A DNA stretch of 64,000 bases from Candidatus Rokuibacteriota bacterium. GTDB taxonomy: Bacteria; Methylomirabilota; Methylomirabilia; Rokubacteriales; CSP1-6. The position numbers were made by a program, and so were the translations under genes. How positions within the stretch are numbered: the first letter of the stretch is position 1; every line of letters begins with the position of its first letter. The stretch covers positions 972 through 64,971 of the forward strand of contig JACPCF010000059.1 of NCBI GenBank assembly GCA_016179965.1, given 5' to 3'. Under the pieces are notes generated by a model. It did no database searches. It was not told the origin of the DNA and saw only the letters and a program-made list of their open reading frames with translations. Positions 8,940 to 19,175 of this stretch are shown one piece after another.

Positions 8940-11900
8940 TCAGTCGGTGAGACGGACCGAGACCAGGCGGGAGAGGCCGGGCTCCTCCATCGTGATGCCG
9001 TAGAGCACGTCGGCGGCTTCCATCGTCTTCCGGTTGTGGGTGATCACGATGAACTGAGTCTGCTGGCACAGTTCACGTAAAACTCGAAGGAATCGATGGA
9101 TGTTCGCGTCGTCCAAGGGCGCGTCCACTTCGTCCAGGACGCAGAAGGGGCTCGGCCTGAAGTAGAAGATGGCGAAGAGCAGGGCCAGCCCGGTCAGGGC
9201 CTTTTCCCCGCCCGACAGGAGCGTGACCTGCTGGAGGCGCTTGCCGCGGGGCTGAGCCATCAGCTCGACTCCAGTCTCCAGCGAATCCTCCCCTTCCTCC
9301 GGCTCCACCAGTCTCAGCTCCGCCCGCCCGCCTTCGAACAGCCGGCCGAAGATCTGGCCGAAGTGGCGATTGATCGCCTCGAAGGCCTCGACGAACCGCT
9401 CCTGGGCCGTCCGGGTCATCCCGCGGATCGCCTTTTCCAGGTCTTTGATGGACGCCACGAGGTCGTCGTGCTGGGTCCGGAGGAAGCCCAGGCGCTCTTC
9501 GAGCTCCCGGTACTCCTCATCGGCGACGAGGTTGACGGGTCCCATCGCCTCCAGCTTGGCCGTGAGCTCGCCGAGCCGGCCCCGGGCCGCCTGGAGATCC
9601 CGCGCCGGGTCGTGGTGCCCGGGGAGCCCCGCGGCCTCGACGCCGAAGCGCCGCAGCGCCTCCTGCTCGAGCTCCTCCCGCCTCACCCGCCCCTCGGTCG
9701 CTTTGAGCTCGACCCCATGGAGCTGATCCTTAACCTGGTCGAGCGCCCGCTGGCTCTGACCGGCGGCGGCTTCGATCTCCTGGAGTCGGGACACGAGCTC
9801 GGCGTGCTGCCGGGCGATCCCGCGCTCCTCGGCCTCCAGCCGATCCCGATCCGCCGCCACCCGCCGGGCGCGCTCGTCCGTCTGCTCGCGCTCCCGCGAC
9901 AGGTCCGTCCGCCTCAGCGACAACTGACTCCGTCGTTCCTCGGCCTGGGAGCGCCGCTGGGCCAGATCCTCAGCGAGCTCATCCATGTGGGCGAGCTCCC
10001 GGCGAATGGCCTCCACCCGCTCTCCGTGGGCGGCCCACTCCACGCGGCACGTGGTCAGCGCCGTCGCGAGGGACGCTTCGCGTTCCTGGGACGCCTCAAC
10101 CGTGGCGCGAAGCTCCGCCATGGTCCGCTCCAGCGCTCCCTCGGCCTCCAGGGCGACCCGCGCCTGAGCCTCGAGCCCCGCGCGCTCCCGCGCCGCCTCC
10201 GCCACCTCCTCGACGAGCTGGCGCTCCTCCGTCCCGAGCGTCGCCAGGTGGCCGGTGACGCGCTCGATTTCCCTGAGAACCTGCTCGAGGTCCTTGTCGC
10301 CCTCGAGCCGCCGTCCGGCCTGGGTCTGAACGGCCTCGAGGACGCGGGAGTGCTCGGCCCGAAGCGTCGCGAGCTCGGCCTGCACGGCTTCCGCGCGGCC
10401 TTGGGCCGCGGCGACATCCTGACCGAGCCGCGCCGCGTCGTCGGCCAGCTCCCGGATGGCGCGCTTCCGCCCGAGCAGCGAGTGCTCGCCATCGTCCCGG
10501 CGGCCTCGCCCGCCCGTCAGGCGGCCCGTCGACCACAGTACTTCGCCGGAGCGCGTGACGTAGGTCACGGTGGTGCCGTTCCTGCGCCACCTGGCTTCGG
10601 CCTGTTCCAGATGGGGAACGACCGCCACGCGCCCCAGGAGATGGTGGAGCAACACCGGGTGGCGCGAGCCCACCAGGCGAGCGGCCCATCGGACCTCCCC
10701 CTCGTCGCGCGGCAACCCATTCTCCGGCGGGAGGGTCTCCAACGGGAGGAAGGTGGCCGCTCCGGCGCCGCTCGTCTCCAAGTAGCCGATGCCGGCCTTG
10801 GCGTCGGCGAAGCGCTGGACCACCACCCACTGCAGGCGGTCGCCGAGCACCGCTTCCACCGCCGCCTCCAGCCCCGACGGCACCTCGAGAAGATCCGCCA
10901 CGGTCCCGAGCACCCCGGACAGCCGGGGCACCCCGCCCTCATCGAAGACCGCCCGAACCCCGGCCCCGTATCCCTCCCGCTCGCGCTCCAGCCGCTCCAG
11001 CGCCTCCTGCCTCGACCGGCAGGCCGCCTCGGCGAGCCTCAGATCGGCGACGTGAGCCTGATTCTGATCGCGGACGCCTCCGCGCTCAGCCAATTGCCGT
11101 TCCAGATCCGAGCGCCGCCCTTCCAGCCGCGAGAGCTCCTCGAGGACCTGCCGTCGAGAGGCCTCCACCCTGCCGCGCATCTCGGTCAGGCCATCGGCCT
11201 CGCTCCGGGCGGCCGCGACCTCCTGGGCGAGCCGCTCCCTGCGCCGCTGGAACTGCGCCTCGCGCTCTCGAAGCTCGGCGATCGCGCGGGTGAGCTCCGC
11301 GCGCTCGCCCGCCGCCCGGATCGAATCCAGGCGGAGGGTCTCGAGCCGTTCCCGGTCCCCCAGGAGGGCGCCGCGGAGCGACTCGCGCTGGGCCTCCAGG
11401 GTTTCCAGCTCTCCCCCGCGCCGGCGCTGCTGGGCCAAGAGCCCCTCCAGCTGGCGCTCCCGGGAGTCCCGGTCGGTGCGAAGACCGTTGATCCGTTCCT
11501 CGACCAGCCGGATCTCTTCCTGGAGTCTCAGGTCCTCTTCGCCCAGCTCGCGGATCTGGCTCCCCATCTGCTCGCGCCGCTCGAGCAGCCGCTCCACCTC
11601 CCCCTGAATCTTCTGGACCGACTGGTGGAGGTCCGACAGGCGATGCTCGGTCTCCTGGATCAGGGAGCGCTGGGTGGCCTCCTGAGCCGCCAGGCCGGCC
11701 ATCCTCACGCGCGTGACCTCTTCCTCCCGCCGGAGCGCGTCGATCCTCTCGCGGTGCTCGACCTCCTGACGGGCCAACGCGCTGTAGTCGGCGGCGAGCA
11801 GCGCCAGCGCCAGCCCCTGCTGCTCCGCGTGGAGCGTCTTGTACTGCTGGGCCTTCTTCGCCTGGCGCTCGATGGAGCCGAGCTGTCGCTTGACCTCGTC

Positions 11901-12482
11901 CATCACGTCCCGGACCCGCAGGAGGTTCTGGCGGGTCGCGTCCAGCTTCCCCAGCGTCTCGGCGCGCTGCTGCTTGTAGCGCGTGATCCCGGCCGCCTCC
12001 TCGATGAACACCCGCCGCTCGTACGGCTTCGCCGTCAGGACGTGGTTGAGCCGCTCCTGGTCCATCAGCGCGTAGGCCTTGGGGTTGACGCCGGTGCCGA
12101 TGAAGAGATCCAGGATGTCGCGGAGCCGGCACACGTTCCGGTTGAGGAGGTATTCGCTCTCGCCCGTGCGGTAGAGCCGGCGGCCGACGCCGACTTCGCT
12201 CCAGGGCACCGCGACGGCGCCGTCGTTGGCGAAGACGAGCTCCACGTCGGCCAGGCCCAGCGGCTTGTGGGAGGCCGAGCCGTGGAAGATGACGTCCTCC
12301 ATCTTGTGGCCGCGGAGGGACTTCGGGCTCTGCTCGCCCAGCGCCCACCGCACCGCGTCGGCCAAATTGGTCTTACCACAGCCGTTGGGCCCGACGATGG
12401 CGGTGATCCCGGAAAAGATCTTGAACTCGGTCTTCTCGCCGAAGGACTTGAAGCCGTGGACGACGATCTTCTCGAGCCGCAT
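8940..12482 (-). CDS. smc: Chromosome partition protein SMC.
   Basis: The start MRLEKIVVHGFKSF carries the Walker A motif GPNGCGKTN. Long coiled coils, a hinge and the C-terminal LSGGEKALTGLALLFAIF…VLDEVDAPLD are present. Confidence 0.9.
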   Translation of the reverse strand: MRLEKIVVHGFKSFGEKTEFKIFSGITAIVGPNGCGKTNLADAVRWALGEQSPKSLRGHKMEDVIFHGSASHKPLGLADVELVFANDGAVAVPWSEVGVGRRLYRTGESEYLLNRNVCRLRDILDLFIGTGVNPKAYALMDQERLNHVLTAKPYERRVFIEEAAGITRYKQQRAETLGKLDATRQNLLRVRDVMDEVKRQLGSIERQAKKAQQYKTLHAEQQGLALALLAADYSALARQEVEHRERIDALRREEEVTRVRMAGLAAQEATQRSLIQETEHRLSDLHQSVQKIQGEVERLLERREQMGSQIRELGEEDLRLQEEIRLVEERINGLRTDRDSRERQLEGLLAQQRRRGGELETLEAQRESLRGALLGDRERLETLRLDSIRAAGERAELTRAIAELREREAQFQRRRERLAQEVAAARSEADGLTEMRGRVEASRRQVLEELSRLEGRRSDLERQLAERGGVRDQNQAHVADLRLAEAACRSRQEALERLEREREGYGAGVRAVFDEGGVPRLSGVLGTVADLLEVPSGLEAAVEAVLGDRLQWVVVQRFADAKAGIGYLETSGAGAATFLPLETLPPENGLPRDEGEVRWAARLVGSRHPVLLHHLLGRVAVVPHLEQAEARWRRNGTTVTYVTRSGEVLWSTGRLTGGRGRRDDGEHSLLGRKRAIRELADDAARLGQDVAAAQGRAEAVQAELATLRAEHSRVLEAVQTQAGRRLEGDKDLEQVLREIERVTGHLATLGTEERQLVEEVAEAARERAGLEAQARVALEAEGALERTMAELRATVEASQEREASLATALTTCRVEWAAHGERVEAIRRELAHMDELAEDLAQRRSQAEERRSQLSLRRTDLSREREQTDERARRVAADRDRLEAEERGIARQHAELVSRLQEIEAAAGQSQRALDQVKDQLHGVELKATEGRVRREELEQEALRRFGVEAAGLPGHHDPARDLQAARGRLGELTAKLEAMGPVNLVADEEYRELEERLGFLRTQHDDLVASIKDLEKAIRGMTRTAQERFVEAFEAINRHFGQIFGRLFEGGRAELRLVEPEEGEDSLETGVELMAQPRGKRLQQVTLLSGGEKALTGLALLFAIFYFRPSPFCVLDEVDAPLDDANIHRFLRVLRELCQQTQFIVITHNRKTMEAADVLYGITMEEPGLSRLVSVRLTD

Positions 12483-12600
12483 CGCACTCCCCAGAGAGAT
12501 TGACGTATTCATACCATGGGGGCCGGCTCCGGACAAAGAAAAAACCCCACGGCCGGGGTGGTAGGGCGACAAGAAACCCTAGATGTTGAGCTAGGCTGGA

Positions 12601-15375
12601 TCAGGCCCGTGCGGTCTTATCGAGGCAACACTTCTTGTACTTCTTGCCCGAGCCGCACGGGCAGGGATCGTTCCGCCCGACCTTCTGGCCGCTGGCGTTC
12701 CTGAGGGCCGGGCGGGCCGCCGACGCCACCTCGACGCTCTCGCCCCGGGACTCGCGCGCCTCGGCCCAGGGGTTCCGCCGCACCTCGGGCGCGGCCTCCC
12801 GGACCAGCTGGACCTTGAAGAGCCACTCCACCACGGTCGCCTTGATCCGGTCCTCCATCTCCTGGAAGAGGTCGAAGCCCTCCCGCTTGTACTCGGTCAG
12901 CGGGTCGCGCTGGCCGTAGCCGCGGAGGCCGATCCCTTCTTTCAGGTGGTCCATGGACAGCAGGTGGTCCTTCCACTGGGTATCGATAACCTGGAGCATC
13001 ACCACCCGCTCCAGGTTCCTCATCGCTTCGGCGCCGAGCGCCTCCTCGCGGGCCTTGTAGCGAGCCTCCACCGCGTCCCGGATGAGCTCCTCCAGCCCCT
13101 CCCGCGAGGCGACCTCGCCGTGGAGCGCCTCGGCGGGCAGGCGGAGGTCGAACTGGCGGTGGAGCGCCTCGTTGAGCCCCTTCAGATCCCAGTCCTCCGG
13201 ATGGGCGTCCCGAGCGGCGTAGAGGTCGAGGAGGCCCGTCGTCACCTCCTCCAGCCACCCGCGGATCGTCTCCTCCTGGCTTTCCCCTTCCAGGATCTCG
13301 CGCCTAATCCGGTAAACCTCCTGGCGCTGCTTGTTCATCACGTCGTCGTACTCGAGGAGATGCTTGCGGATCTCGAAGTTGTGGGTCTCCACCCGCTTCT
13401 GGGCCGTGGCGATCGCCCGGGTCACGAGCTTGTGCTCGATGGGCTCTCCCTCCTCCATGCCCAGCCGGTCCATGATCTTCCGGATCCGATCCGAGCCGAA
13501 GATCCTGAGCAGGTCGTCCTCGAGCGACAGGTAGAAGCGCGACGAGCCGGGGTCGCCCTGCCGGCCCGAGCGGCCGCGCAGCTGGTTGTCGATGCGCCGC
13601 GATTCGTGCCGCTCGGTGGCGATGATGTGGAGGCCGCCGACCGCCACGACCCGCGCGTGCTCGGGCTCGGTGATGCGCCGGGCCTCCTCCAGCGCGGCCC
13701 GGCGCGCCTCGGGCGGCGCCGTCAGCGGATCCAGCCCCTTCTTGCGCAGGATCTCCTTGGCCAGGAAGTCCGGGTTGCCGCCCAGGAGGATGTCGGTGCC
13801 GCGACCCGCCATGTTGGTGGCGATGGTGACGGTCTTCTCCCGTCCCGCCTGGGCGACGATCTCGGCCTCGCGCTCGTGGTACTTGGCGTTCAGGACCTGG
13901 TGCGGGACCCCGTGCTTCTTCAGGAGGCGCGACAGCCGCTCGGACTTCTCGATGGAGACCGTGCCCACGAGCACCGGCTGCCCCTTTTCGTGGCAGGCCC
14001 GGATCTCCTGCGTCACCGCGTCGAACTTTTCGCCCTCGGTCTTGTACACGACGTCGGGATAGTTGGTCCGGATCAGGTGGCGGTTGGTCGGGATGACGAC
14101 CACGTCCAGCTTGTAGATCTTCGCGAACTCCTCGGCTTCGGTCTCAGCCGTGCCGGTCATCCCGGCCAGCTTGTCGTACATGCGGAAGTAGTTCTGGAAG
14201 GTCACTGTGGCCAGCGTCTGGTTCTCCCGCTCGATCCGGACCCCCTCCTTGGCCTCCACGGCCTGGTGGAGCCCGTCCGACCAGCGGCGCCCCGGCATCA
14301 GGCGGCCGGTGAACTCGTCCACGATCAAGACCTGGCCGTCCTTGACGACGTAGTCCACGTCCTTCTTGAACAGGGCGTGGGCCCGGAGCCCCTGGTGGAT
14401 GTGGTGAAGGGTCTCCATGTGGATCGGGTCGTACAGGTTGTCGACGCTGAGGAGCTGCTCGCAGCGCGCAATCCCCTGCTCAGTGAGAGCCACGGCCTTG
14501 GACTTCTCGTCCACGATATAGTCGCCCGCCTTTGAGGCCTCAATCTCTGAGAGCTTCCCCTCCACGATGGTCGCGGCGCGCTGGAGCTTGGGGATGATCC
14601 GATCGATCTTGTAGTACTTGTCGGTGGATTCCTCGGCGGGGCCGGAGATGATCAGCGGGGTGCGCGCCTCGTCGATCAGGATCGAGTCCACCTCGTCCAC
14701 GATCGCGTAGTGCAGCTCCCGCTGGACCAGCTCCTCCAGGCCGAAGCGCATGTTGTCCCGCAGGTAGTCGAAGCCGAACTCGTTGTTCGTCCCGTAGGTG
14801 ATGTCCGCGAGGTAGGCCTCCCGGCGGGAGCAGGGACGGAGGTTTGCCAGCCGGATGTCGGACGAGATGTACGCCGGATCGTAGAGGTAGGACACCTCGT
14901 GCTGGATCACCCCGAGCGTCAGCCCCAAGGCGTGATAGATCGGCCCCATCCATTGGGCATCGCGGCGCGCCAGGTAGTCGTTGACCGTGACGATGTGCAC
15001 CCCGCGCCCCGTCAGGGCGTTGAGGTAGGCCGGGAGCGTGGCGACCAGGGTCTTCCCCTCGCCGGTGGCCATCTCGGCGATCTTCCCCTCGTGGAGCACC
15101 ATGCCGCCCATGAGCTGGACGTCGAAGTGGCGCATCTCGACGGTCCGCCGGGCGGCCTCCCGGCAGACGGCGAAGGCCTCGACCAGCACGTCGTCCAGGT
15201 CGGCGCCCTCGGCGAGGCGCTTCGTGAATTCGTCAGTCTTGGCGCGGAGAGCGGCGTCGGACAGGGGCTGGAGGCCCGATTCGAGGGCGCCGATGGCCTG
15301 GGCCGTCGGCGTCATCCGCTTGATGTCGCGCTCGTGCTTGGTGCCGAAGAGCGATTTCAGGATGGCGGCAAGCAT
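12601..15375 (-). CDS. secA: Preprotein translocase ATPase SecA.
   Basis: It is 924 aa with the DEAD-like motor domains and the C-terminal zinc finger [13 protein letters not shown]. Confidence 0.95.
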   Translation of the reverse strand: MLAAILKSLFGTKHERDIKRMTPTAQAIGALESGLQPLSDAALRAKTDEFTKRLAEGADLDDVLVEAFAVCREAARRTVEMRHFDVQLMGGMVLHEGKIAEMATGEGKTLVATLPAYLNALTGRGVHIVTVNDYLARRDAQWMGPIYHALGLTLGVIQHEVSYLYDPAYISSDIRLANLRPCSRREAYLADITYGTNNEFGFDYLRDNMRFGLEELVQRELHYAIVDEVDSILIDEARTPLIISGPAEESTDKYYKIDRIIPKLQRAATIVEGKLSEIEASKAGDYIVDEKSKAVALTEQGIARCEQLLSVDNLYDPIHMETLHHIHQGLRAHALFKKDVDYVVKDGQVLIVDEFTGRLMPGRRWSDGLHQAVEAKEGVRIERENQTLATVTFQNYFRMYDKLAGMTGTAETEAEEFAKIYKLDVVVIPTNRHLIRTNYPDVVYKTEGEKFDAVTQEIRACHEKGQPVLVGTVSIEKSERLSRLLKKHGVPHQVLNAKYHEREAEIVAQAGREKTVTIATNMAGRGTDILLGGNPDFLAKEILRKKGLDPLTAPPEARRAALEEARRITEPEHARVVAVGGLHIIATERHESRRIDNQLRGRSGRQGDPGSSRFYLSLEDDLLRIFGSDRIRKIMDRLGMEEGEPIEHKLVTRAIATAQKRVETHNFEIRKHLLEYDDVMNKQRQEVYRIRREILEGESQEETIRGWLEEVTTGLLDLYAARDAHPEDWDLKGLNEALHRQFDLRLPAEALHGEVASREGLEELIRDAVEARYKAREEALGAEAMRNLERVVMLQVIDTQWKDHLLSMDHLKEGIGLRGYGQRDPLTEYKREGFDLFQEMEDRIKATVVEWLFKVQLVREAAPEVRRNPWAEARESRGESVEVASAARPALRNASGQKVGRNDPCPCGSGKKYKKCCLDKTARA

Positions 15376-15407
15376 GTCAAGGATTCATTGTACACCAGCC
15401 GGAGGAA

Positions 15408-15443
15408 CGAAAAAGAAAACCCCCGACGCTCGCGCGTCGGGGG
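15408..15443 (-). terminator. Rho-independent terminator downstream of the csp-like gene, only ~33 nt upstream of the secA start.
   Basis: The minus strand reads GCCCCCGACGC-GCGA-GCGTCGGGGG, a 10-bp perfect stem, followed by TTTTCTTTTTCG. Confidence 0.55.
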
Positions 15444-15463
15444 CCTCGGGGAACCGGCGCCGG

Positions 15464-15661
15464 CTACAGCTTAACGACTCTGGTCGCCTGAAGGCCCTTC
15501 GGGCCCTCGGTGTACTCGAACTCCACCTGCTGGCCCTCGGACAGGGTCTTGAAGCCCTCCCCCTGGATGGCCGAGTAATGCACGAAGACGTCCTCCCCGC
15601 CCGGCTGCTCGATGAAGCCGTACCCCTTCGCGTGCGTGTCAAGGGGAGGAACCAGAACCAA
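15464..15661 (-). CDS. Cold-shock domain protein, N-terminally truncated (TTG start; beta1 strand VKWFN missing).
   Basis: The RNP1 (KGYGFI) and RNP2 (VFVHY) motifs are present and the C-terminal half aligns to CspA. The first ~13 residues of the CSD are absent. The ORF begins 37 nt after the recN stop, inside a tandem repeat. Confidence 0.55.
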   Translation of the reverse strand: MVLVPPLDTHAKGYGFIEQPGGEDVFVHYSAIQGEGFKTLSEGQQVEFEYTEGPKGLQATRVVKL

Positions 15662-15689
15662 GGGGGGGAGCCAGAACCAAGGGGGGGAG
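15652..15689. repeat. Perfect 19-bp tandem duplication (minus strand CTCCCCCCCTTGGTTCTGG x2) containing two C7/G7 homopolymer tracts.
   Basis: Read directly from the sequence. It lies between the recN stop and the csp-like ORF and contains that ORF's TTG start. Confidence 0.85.
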
Positions 15690-15697
15690 ATGGACCG

Positions 15698-17410
15698 TTA
15701 CCCGGACGCCCGCGCGCCGCGGTAGAGCTCGCGCGCGTGCTTGAGCGCCGTCTCCGTGAGCCGCTCGCCGCCGAGCATCCGCGCCAGCTCCCCCACCCGG
15801 GCATCCGCGGAAAGGGGCTCCACGGTGGTACGGGTCCGCTTACCGGTGACCGTCTTCGTGACGAGGACGTGCTGATCGGCATAGGCGGCGATCTGGGCCA
15901 GGTGGGTGACGCAGAGGACCTGACGGCTCCGCGCGGTCTGCCTGAGTTTCTGCCCCACCACCTCAGCGATCCGCCCGCCGATCCCCGCGTCCACCTCGTC
16001 GAAGACCAGGGTGGGAACCCGATCGGCCGCCGCCAGGATGACCTTGATCCCCAGCATGGTTCGACTGAGCTCGCCCCCCGAGATCACCCGGGAGAGCGGC
16101 TTCAGCTCCTCGCCGGGATTGGTGGAGAGGAGGAACTGCGCCGCCTCGAGCCCGCGCGGCGTCACCCGAGAGTTGTCGGGCCCCGCCGACAGCCCTCCAG
16201 GGACGGCCGGCTCGCGGGTCAGGACAACCCGGAACTGGGCCTTCTCCATGCCGAGGGCGCGAAGCTCCCGCTGGATGAGCCCCTCGAGCCGGCCGGCCGC
16301 CTTTTCCCGCGCGGCAGAGAGCACGAGCGCGGCCCGCCCGGCCTCGGTGGCCAGGGACGCGAACGCCGCTTCTTGCTCGGCCACCAGCTCGTCGTGACGA
16401 TCCAGGCGCTCGAGGTCGGCGGCGACCTGCTCCCGGTACCGGAGGATCGCCTCGACGCTCTCCCCGTACTTCCGCTTGAGCTTGGTCAGCGCGTCGAGGC
16501 GCGCGTCGATTTCCTCCAGCCTCCCCGGCTCGAACACGAGCCGGTCGCGAAGGCGGCGGGCTTGCTCCACGGCTTCCTCGAGATGGGCCTGGGCCGATTC
16601 CAGTGGCTCGCCGGCGGCAGCCAGCGCCGGGTCCAGCTTCGCGAGCTCGCCCAGCATCCGCGAGGCCCGGGCCACACGCGCCATGGCGGACTCGGTGTCG
16701 TCGTAGAGGAGGCGCGTCACCTCCGCCAGCCCCTGGGTGAGGCGCTCGGCGTGCTGGAGCCGCTGGCGCTCGAGGCGGAGGTCCTCCTCTTCGCCGGCCG
16801 TGAGCCGGGCGCCGTCGATTTCCGAGAGCTGGAAGCGGTAGAGGTCTTCCTTCTGGGCCCGATCTCGCTCCGCCGTCCGGAGTCGCTCCAGCTCCTGCCG
16901 CGCCGCCTCCCACCGGCCGACCAGCGCCGCCACGTCGTCGCGGCCAGCCTCGGCCCCGGCGAAGCGGTCCAGGAGCTCGAGCGGGCGGGCGGGCTCCATG
17001 AGGAGCTGGTGCTCGTGCTGGCCGTGAATCTCAACCAGGCGATCGCCGAGGCGCTCCAGGAGCCCGACGGTGGCCGGCGTGTCGTTGACGAACGCGCGGC
17101 TCCTGCCGCCCCGGCTGAGCTCCCGTCGAACGATGAGCTGACCGTCCTCCGCCGAGTGCCCGGCCTCCCCGAGGACGCTCGATATCTCGCCGCCGGGATC
17201 CACGTCGAAGACCGCTTCCACCGTCGCCGAGTCGGAGTCCGAGCGGATCACGTCGGGGTGGGCGCGGGCCCCCAGGAGCAGCAGAAGGGCGTCGATGAGG
17301 ATGGACTTGCCGGCGCCGGTCTCGCCGGTCAGGACGTTGAGCCCGGGGGCGAACGGGACGGTGACCTCCTCGATCACCGCGAACCGCATGACCCGGAGCT
17401 CACGAAGCAT
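15698..17410 (-). CDS. recN: DNA repair protein RecN.
   Basis: The N-terminal Walker A motif LTGETGAGKSIL is present, along with a coiled-coil middle region and the C-terminal signature/Walker B region. Confidence 0.9.
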   Translation of the reverse strand: MLRELRVMRFAVIEEVTVPFAPGLNVLTGETGAGKSILIDALLLLLGARAHPDVIRSDSDSATVEAVFDVDPGGEISSVLGEAGHSAEDGQLIVRRELSRGGRSRAFVNDTPATVGLLERLGDRLVEIHGQHEHQLLMEPARPLELLDRFAGAEAGRDDVAALVGRWEAARQELERLRTAERDRAQKEDLYRFQLSEIDGARLTAGEEEDLRLERQRLQHAERLTQGLAEVTRLLYDDTESAMARVARASRMLGELAKLDPALAAAGEPLESAQAHLEEAVEQARRLRDRLVFEPGRLEEIDARLDALTKLKRKYGESVEAILRYREQVAADLERLDRHDELVAEQEAAFASLATEAGRAALVLSAAREKAAGRLEGLIQRELRALGMEKAQFRVVLTREPAVPGGLSAGPDNSRVTPRGLEAAQFLLSTNPGEELKPLSRVISGGELSRTMLGIKVILAAADRVPTLVFDEVDAGIGGRIAEVVGQKLRQTARSRQVLCVTHLAQIAAYADQHVLVTKTVTGKRTRTTVEPLSADARVGELARMLGGERLTETALKHARELYRGARASG

Positions 17411-17508
17411 GGTCAGACATTTTACTCGGGCCTCGCCTCATCCGACCCGCCTCCGGCGGGTGCCCGGCCGACCCAACTGCCGTCGGCGCCGAAGCGCTTC
17501 GGCTCGAA

Positions 17509-18369
17509 CTACCGCTCACCCCACTTGAGCTTCGTCCTGAGGACCGAGAAGAAGTGGCGGCGGGGGTCTCTCACGAGCCGGATCCGGGGCGCCGCCTGAC
17601 GCACCTCGACGACATCCCCTTCCCTGAGCGCAACGCCGACCTGGCCGTCGAGGGTGAGCATCACCTCCTGCCGCCCCGTCAGCAGGGTGACCTCGATGGG
17701 GAGGTGGGCGGGGAGCACGATGGGCCGGTTCGTGAGGGTGTGGGAGCAGATCGGGGTGAGAACCACCGCGTCCATGGTCGGGTACACGATGGGGCCGCCC
17801 GCCGACAAGCCGTACGCGGTCGACCCCGTCGGGGTCGAGATGATCAGCCCGTCCGCGCGATAGCCCGTGGCGTATTGCCCCTCGACGGAGACCGCCAGGG
17901 TGATGATCCGGCGCATCGCCGACTTGGTGATGACGACGTCGTTCAGCGCCACGTACTCGGTGAGGCGCTCTTCCCCGCGCCGCACCCGGGCGGCGAGCAT
18001 CATCCGGTCCTCCACCATCATGTGGCCGCGGAACAAGGCGTCGAGGGTCGGGATGAGCTCGGCTTCGGTGGTGGCGGTCAGAAAGCCGAGACCGCCCAGG
18101 TTGACGCCGAGGATCGGGACCCCCAGGTCGCCCACCAGGCGCGCCATCGACAGCAGAGTGCCATCGCCCCCGAGGACAACAAGCAGATCAGACTGGGCGG
18201 GGAGGTCCGACTTTCTCACGGCGGCGCCGGGGTGCGCGATTAGCTCCGCCGTCTCCTTCTCAAGCATCACCTGCTTGCCCTGCGCGGTCAGCCACTCCAC
18301 CAGCCGGGGCAACACCTCCCGAGCCTGGGGCCGGTCCACCTTGGCGACGATGCCCACGCGCTTCATCAC
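17509..18369 (-). CDS. nadK: NAD kinase.
   Basis: The GGDGT motif and the NE/D short motif are present. It is 286 aa. Confidence 0.9.
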   Translation of the reverse strand: MMKRVGIVAKVDRPQAREVLPRLVEWLTAQGKQVMLEKETAELIAHPGAAVRKSDLPAQSDLLVVLGGDGTLLSMARLVGDLGVPILGVNLGGLGFLTATTEAELIPTLDALFRGHMMVEDRMMLAARVRRGEERLTEYVALNDVVITKSAMRRIITLAVSVEGQYATGYRADGLIISTPTGSTAYGLSAGGPIVYPTMDAVVLTPICSHTLTNRPIVLPAHLPIEVTLLTGRQEVMLTLDGQVGVALREGDVVEVRQAAPRIRLVRDPRRHFFSVLRTKLKWGER

Positions 18370-19175
18370 GTGTTGGCTCCCTCAGTGACTTTCGCGATCA
18401 GGGCGTCCAGCTCGGGCACGGTGCGCCCGCCTCGCGAGAGATAGAGGAAAAACTCGCGGTTTCCCTTCGGCCCCGTGAGCGGTGAGGCGGCCAGGCCCAG
18501 GACGTGCCACCCGTGGAGGATGGCGAATCGGGCCAGTCGGCCGAGGACGGCCCGATGCCGGACCGGATCTCTGACGACACCGCCCTTGCCGACCAGTCCC
18601 CTGCCCACTTCGAACTGGGGCTTCACGAGCAGGACGGCCTCCCCGGGGTTGGCCAGCACCCCCATGACGGCGGGGAGCACTTTCTCGAGCGAGATGAACG
18701 CAACGTCCACCGTCGCCAGGTCGGGCTCGACGGGGAACGCCGCCGCGATCAGGGTCCGGGCGTTCGTCTTCTCCATGAGCATCACCCGCGGATCCGCGCG
18801 GAGGCCGGCGTCCAGTTGCCCCCTGCCCACATCCACGGCGTACACGCGCGCGGCGCCCCGGGAAAGGAGGCAGTGGGTGAAGCCGCCGGTAGAGGCGCCC
18901 ACGTCGAGGCAGGTCCGGCCCGCCACGGAAATCCCGAAGGCGTCGAGGGCATGGGCGAGCTTCTCGCCCCCGCGGCTCACGTAGGGCGGCCGCGCCTTGA
19001 CCTCCACGGCCGCGCCGACATCCACCTGCCGGCCCGCCTTGTCCACGCGCCTGGCGTCCACGAAGACGCGGCCGGCCAGAATGAGCCGCGCGGCCTGCTC
19101 CCGGCTCGGGGCCAGCCCGCGGGCGACCAGCAGCCGATCCAGCCGCTCCCGCGATCGGGCGGCGGCCGTCCTCAC
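18366..19175 (-). CDS. tlyA: TlyA family rRNA (cytidine-2'-O)-methyltransferase / hemolysin A.
   Basis: It has an S4-like N-terminus (RLDRLLVARGLAPSREQA) and a FtsJ-like methyltransferase domain (LDVGASTGGFT). The GTG start overlaps the upstream stop as GTGA. Confidence 0.8.
   Translation of the reverse strand: MRTAAARSRERLDRLLVARGLAPSREQAARLILAGRVFVDARRVDKAGRQVDVGAAVEVKARPPYVSRGGEKLAHALDAFGISVAGRTCLDVGASTGGFTHCLLSRGAARVYAVDVGRGQLDAGLRADPRVMLMEKTNARTLIAAAFPVEPDLATVDVAFISLEKVLPAVMGVLANPGEAVLLVKPQFEVGRGLVGKGGVVRDPVRHRAVLGRLARFAILHGWHVLGLAASPLTGPKGNREFFLYLSRGGRTVPELDALIAKVTEGANT

Noticed and set aside
12553-12580. A CCCCACGGCCGGGG / A-run element between secA and smc, considered as a terminator.
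   Set aside because: The stem is only 4-5 bp with a tiny loop. It is plausible but too weak to report as a feature.
15661-15700. A possible RecN-Csp read-through fusion, because the recN TAA is in frame with the csp ORF.
   Set aside because: It would require suppression of a TAA. There is no recoding signal and the intervening 12 codons are repeat-derived. Treated as coincidence.
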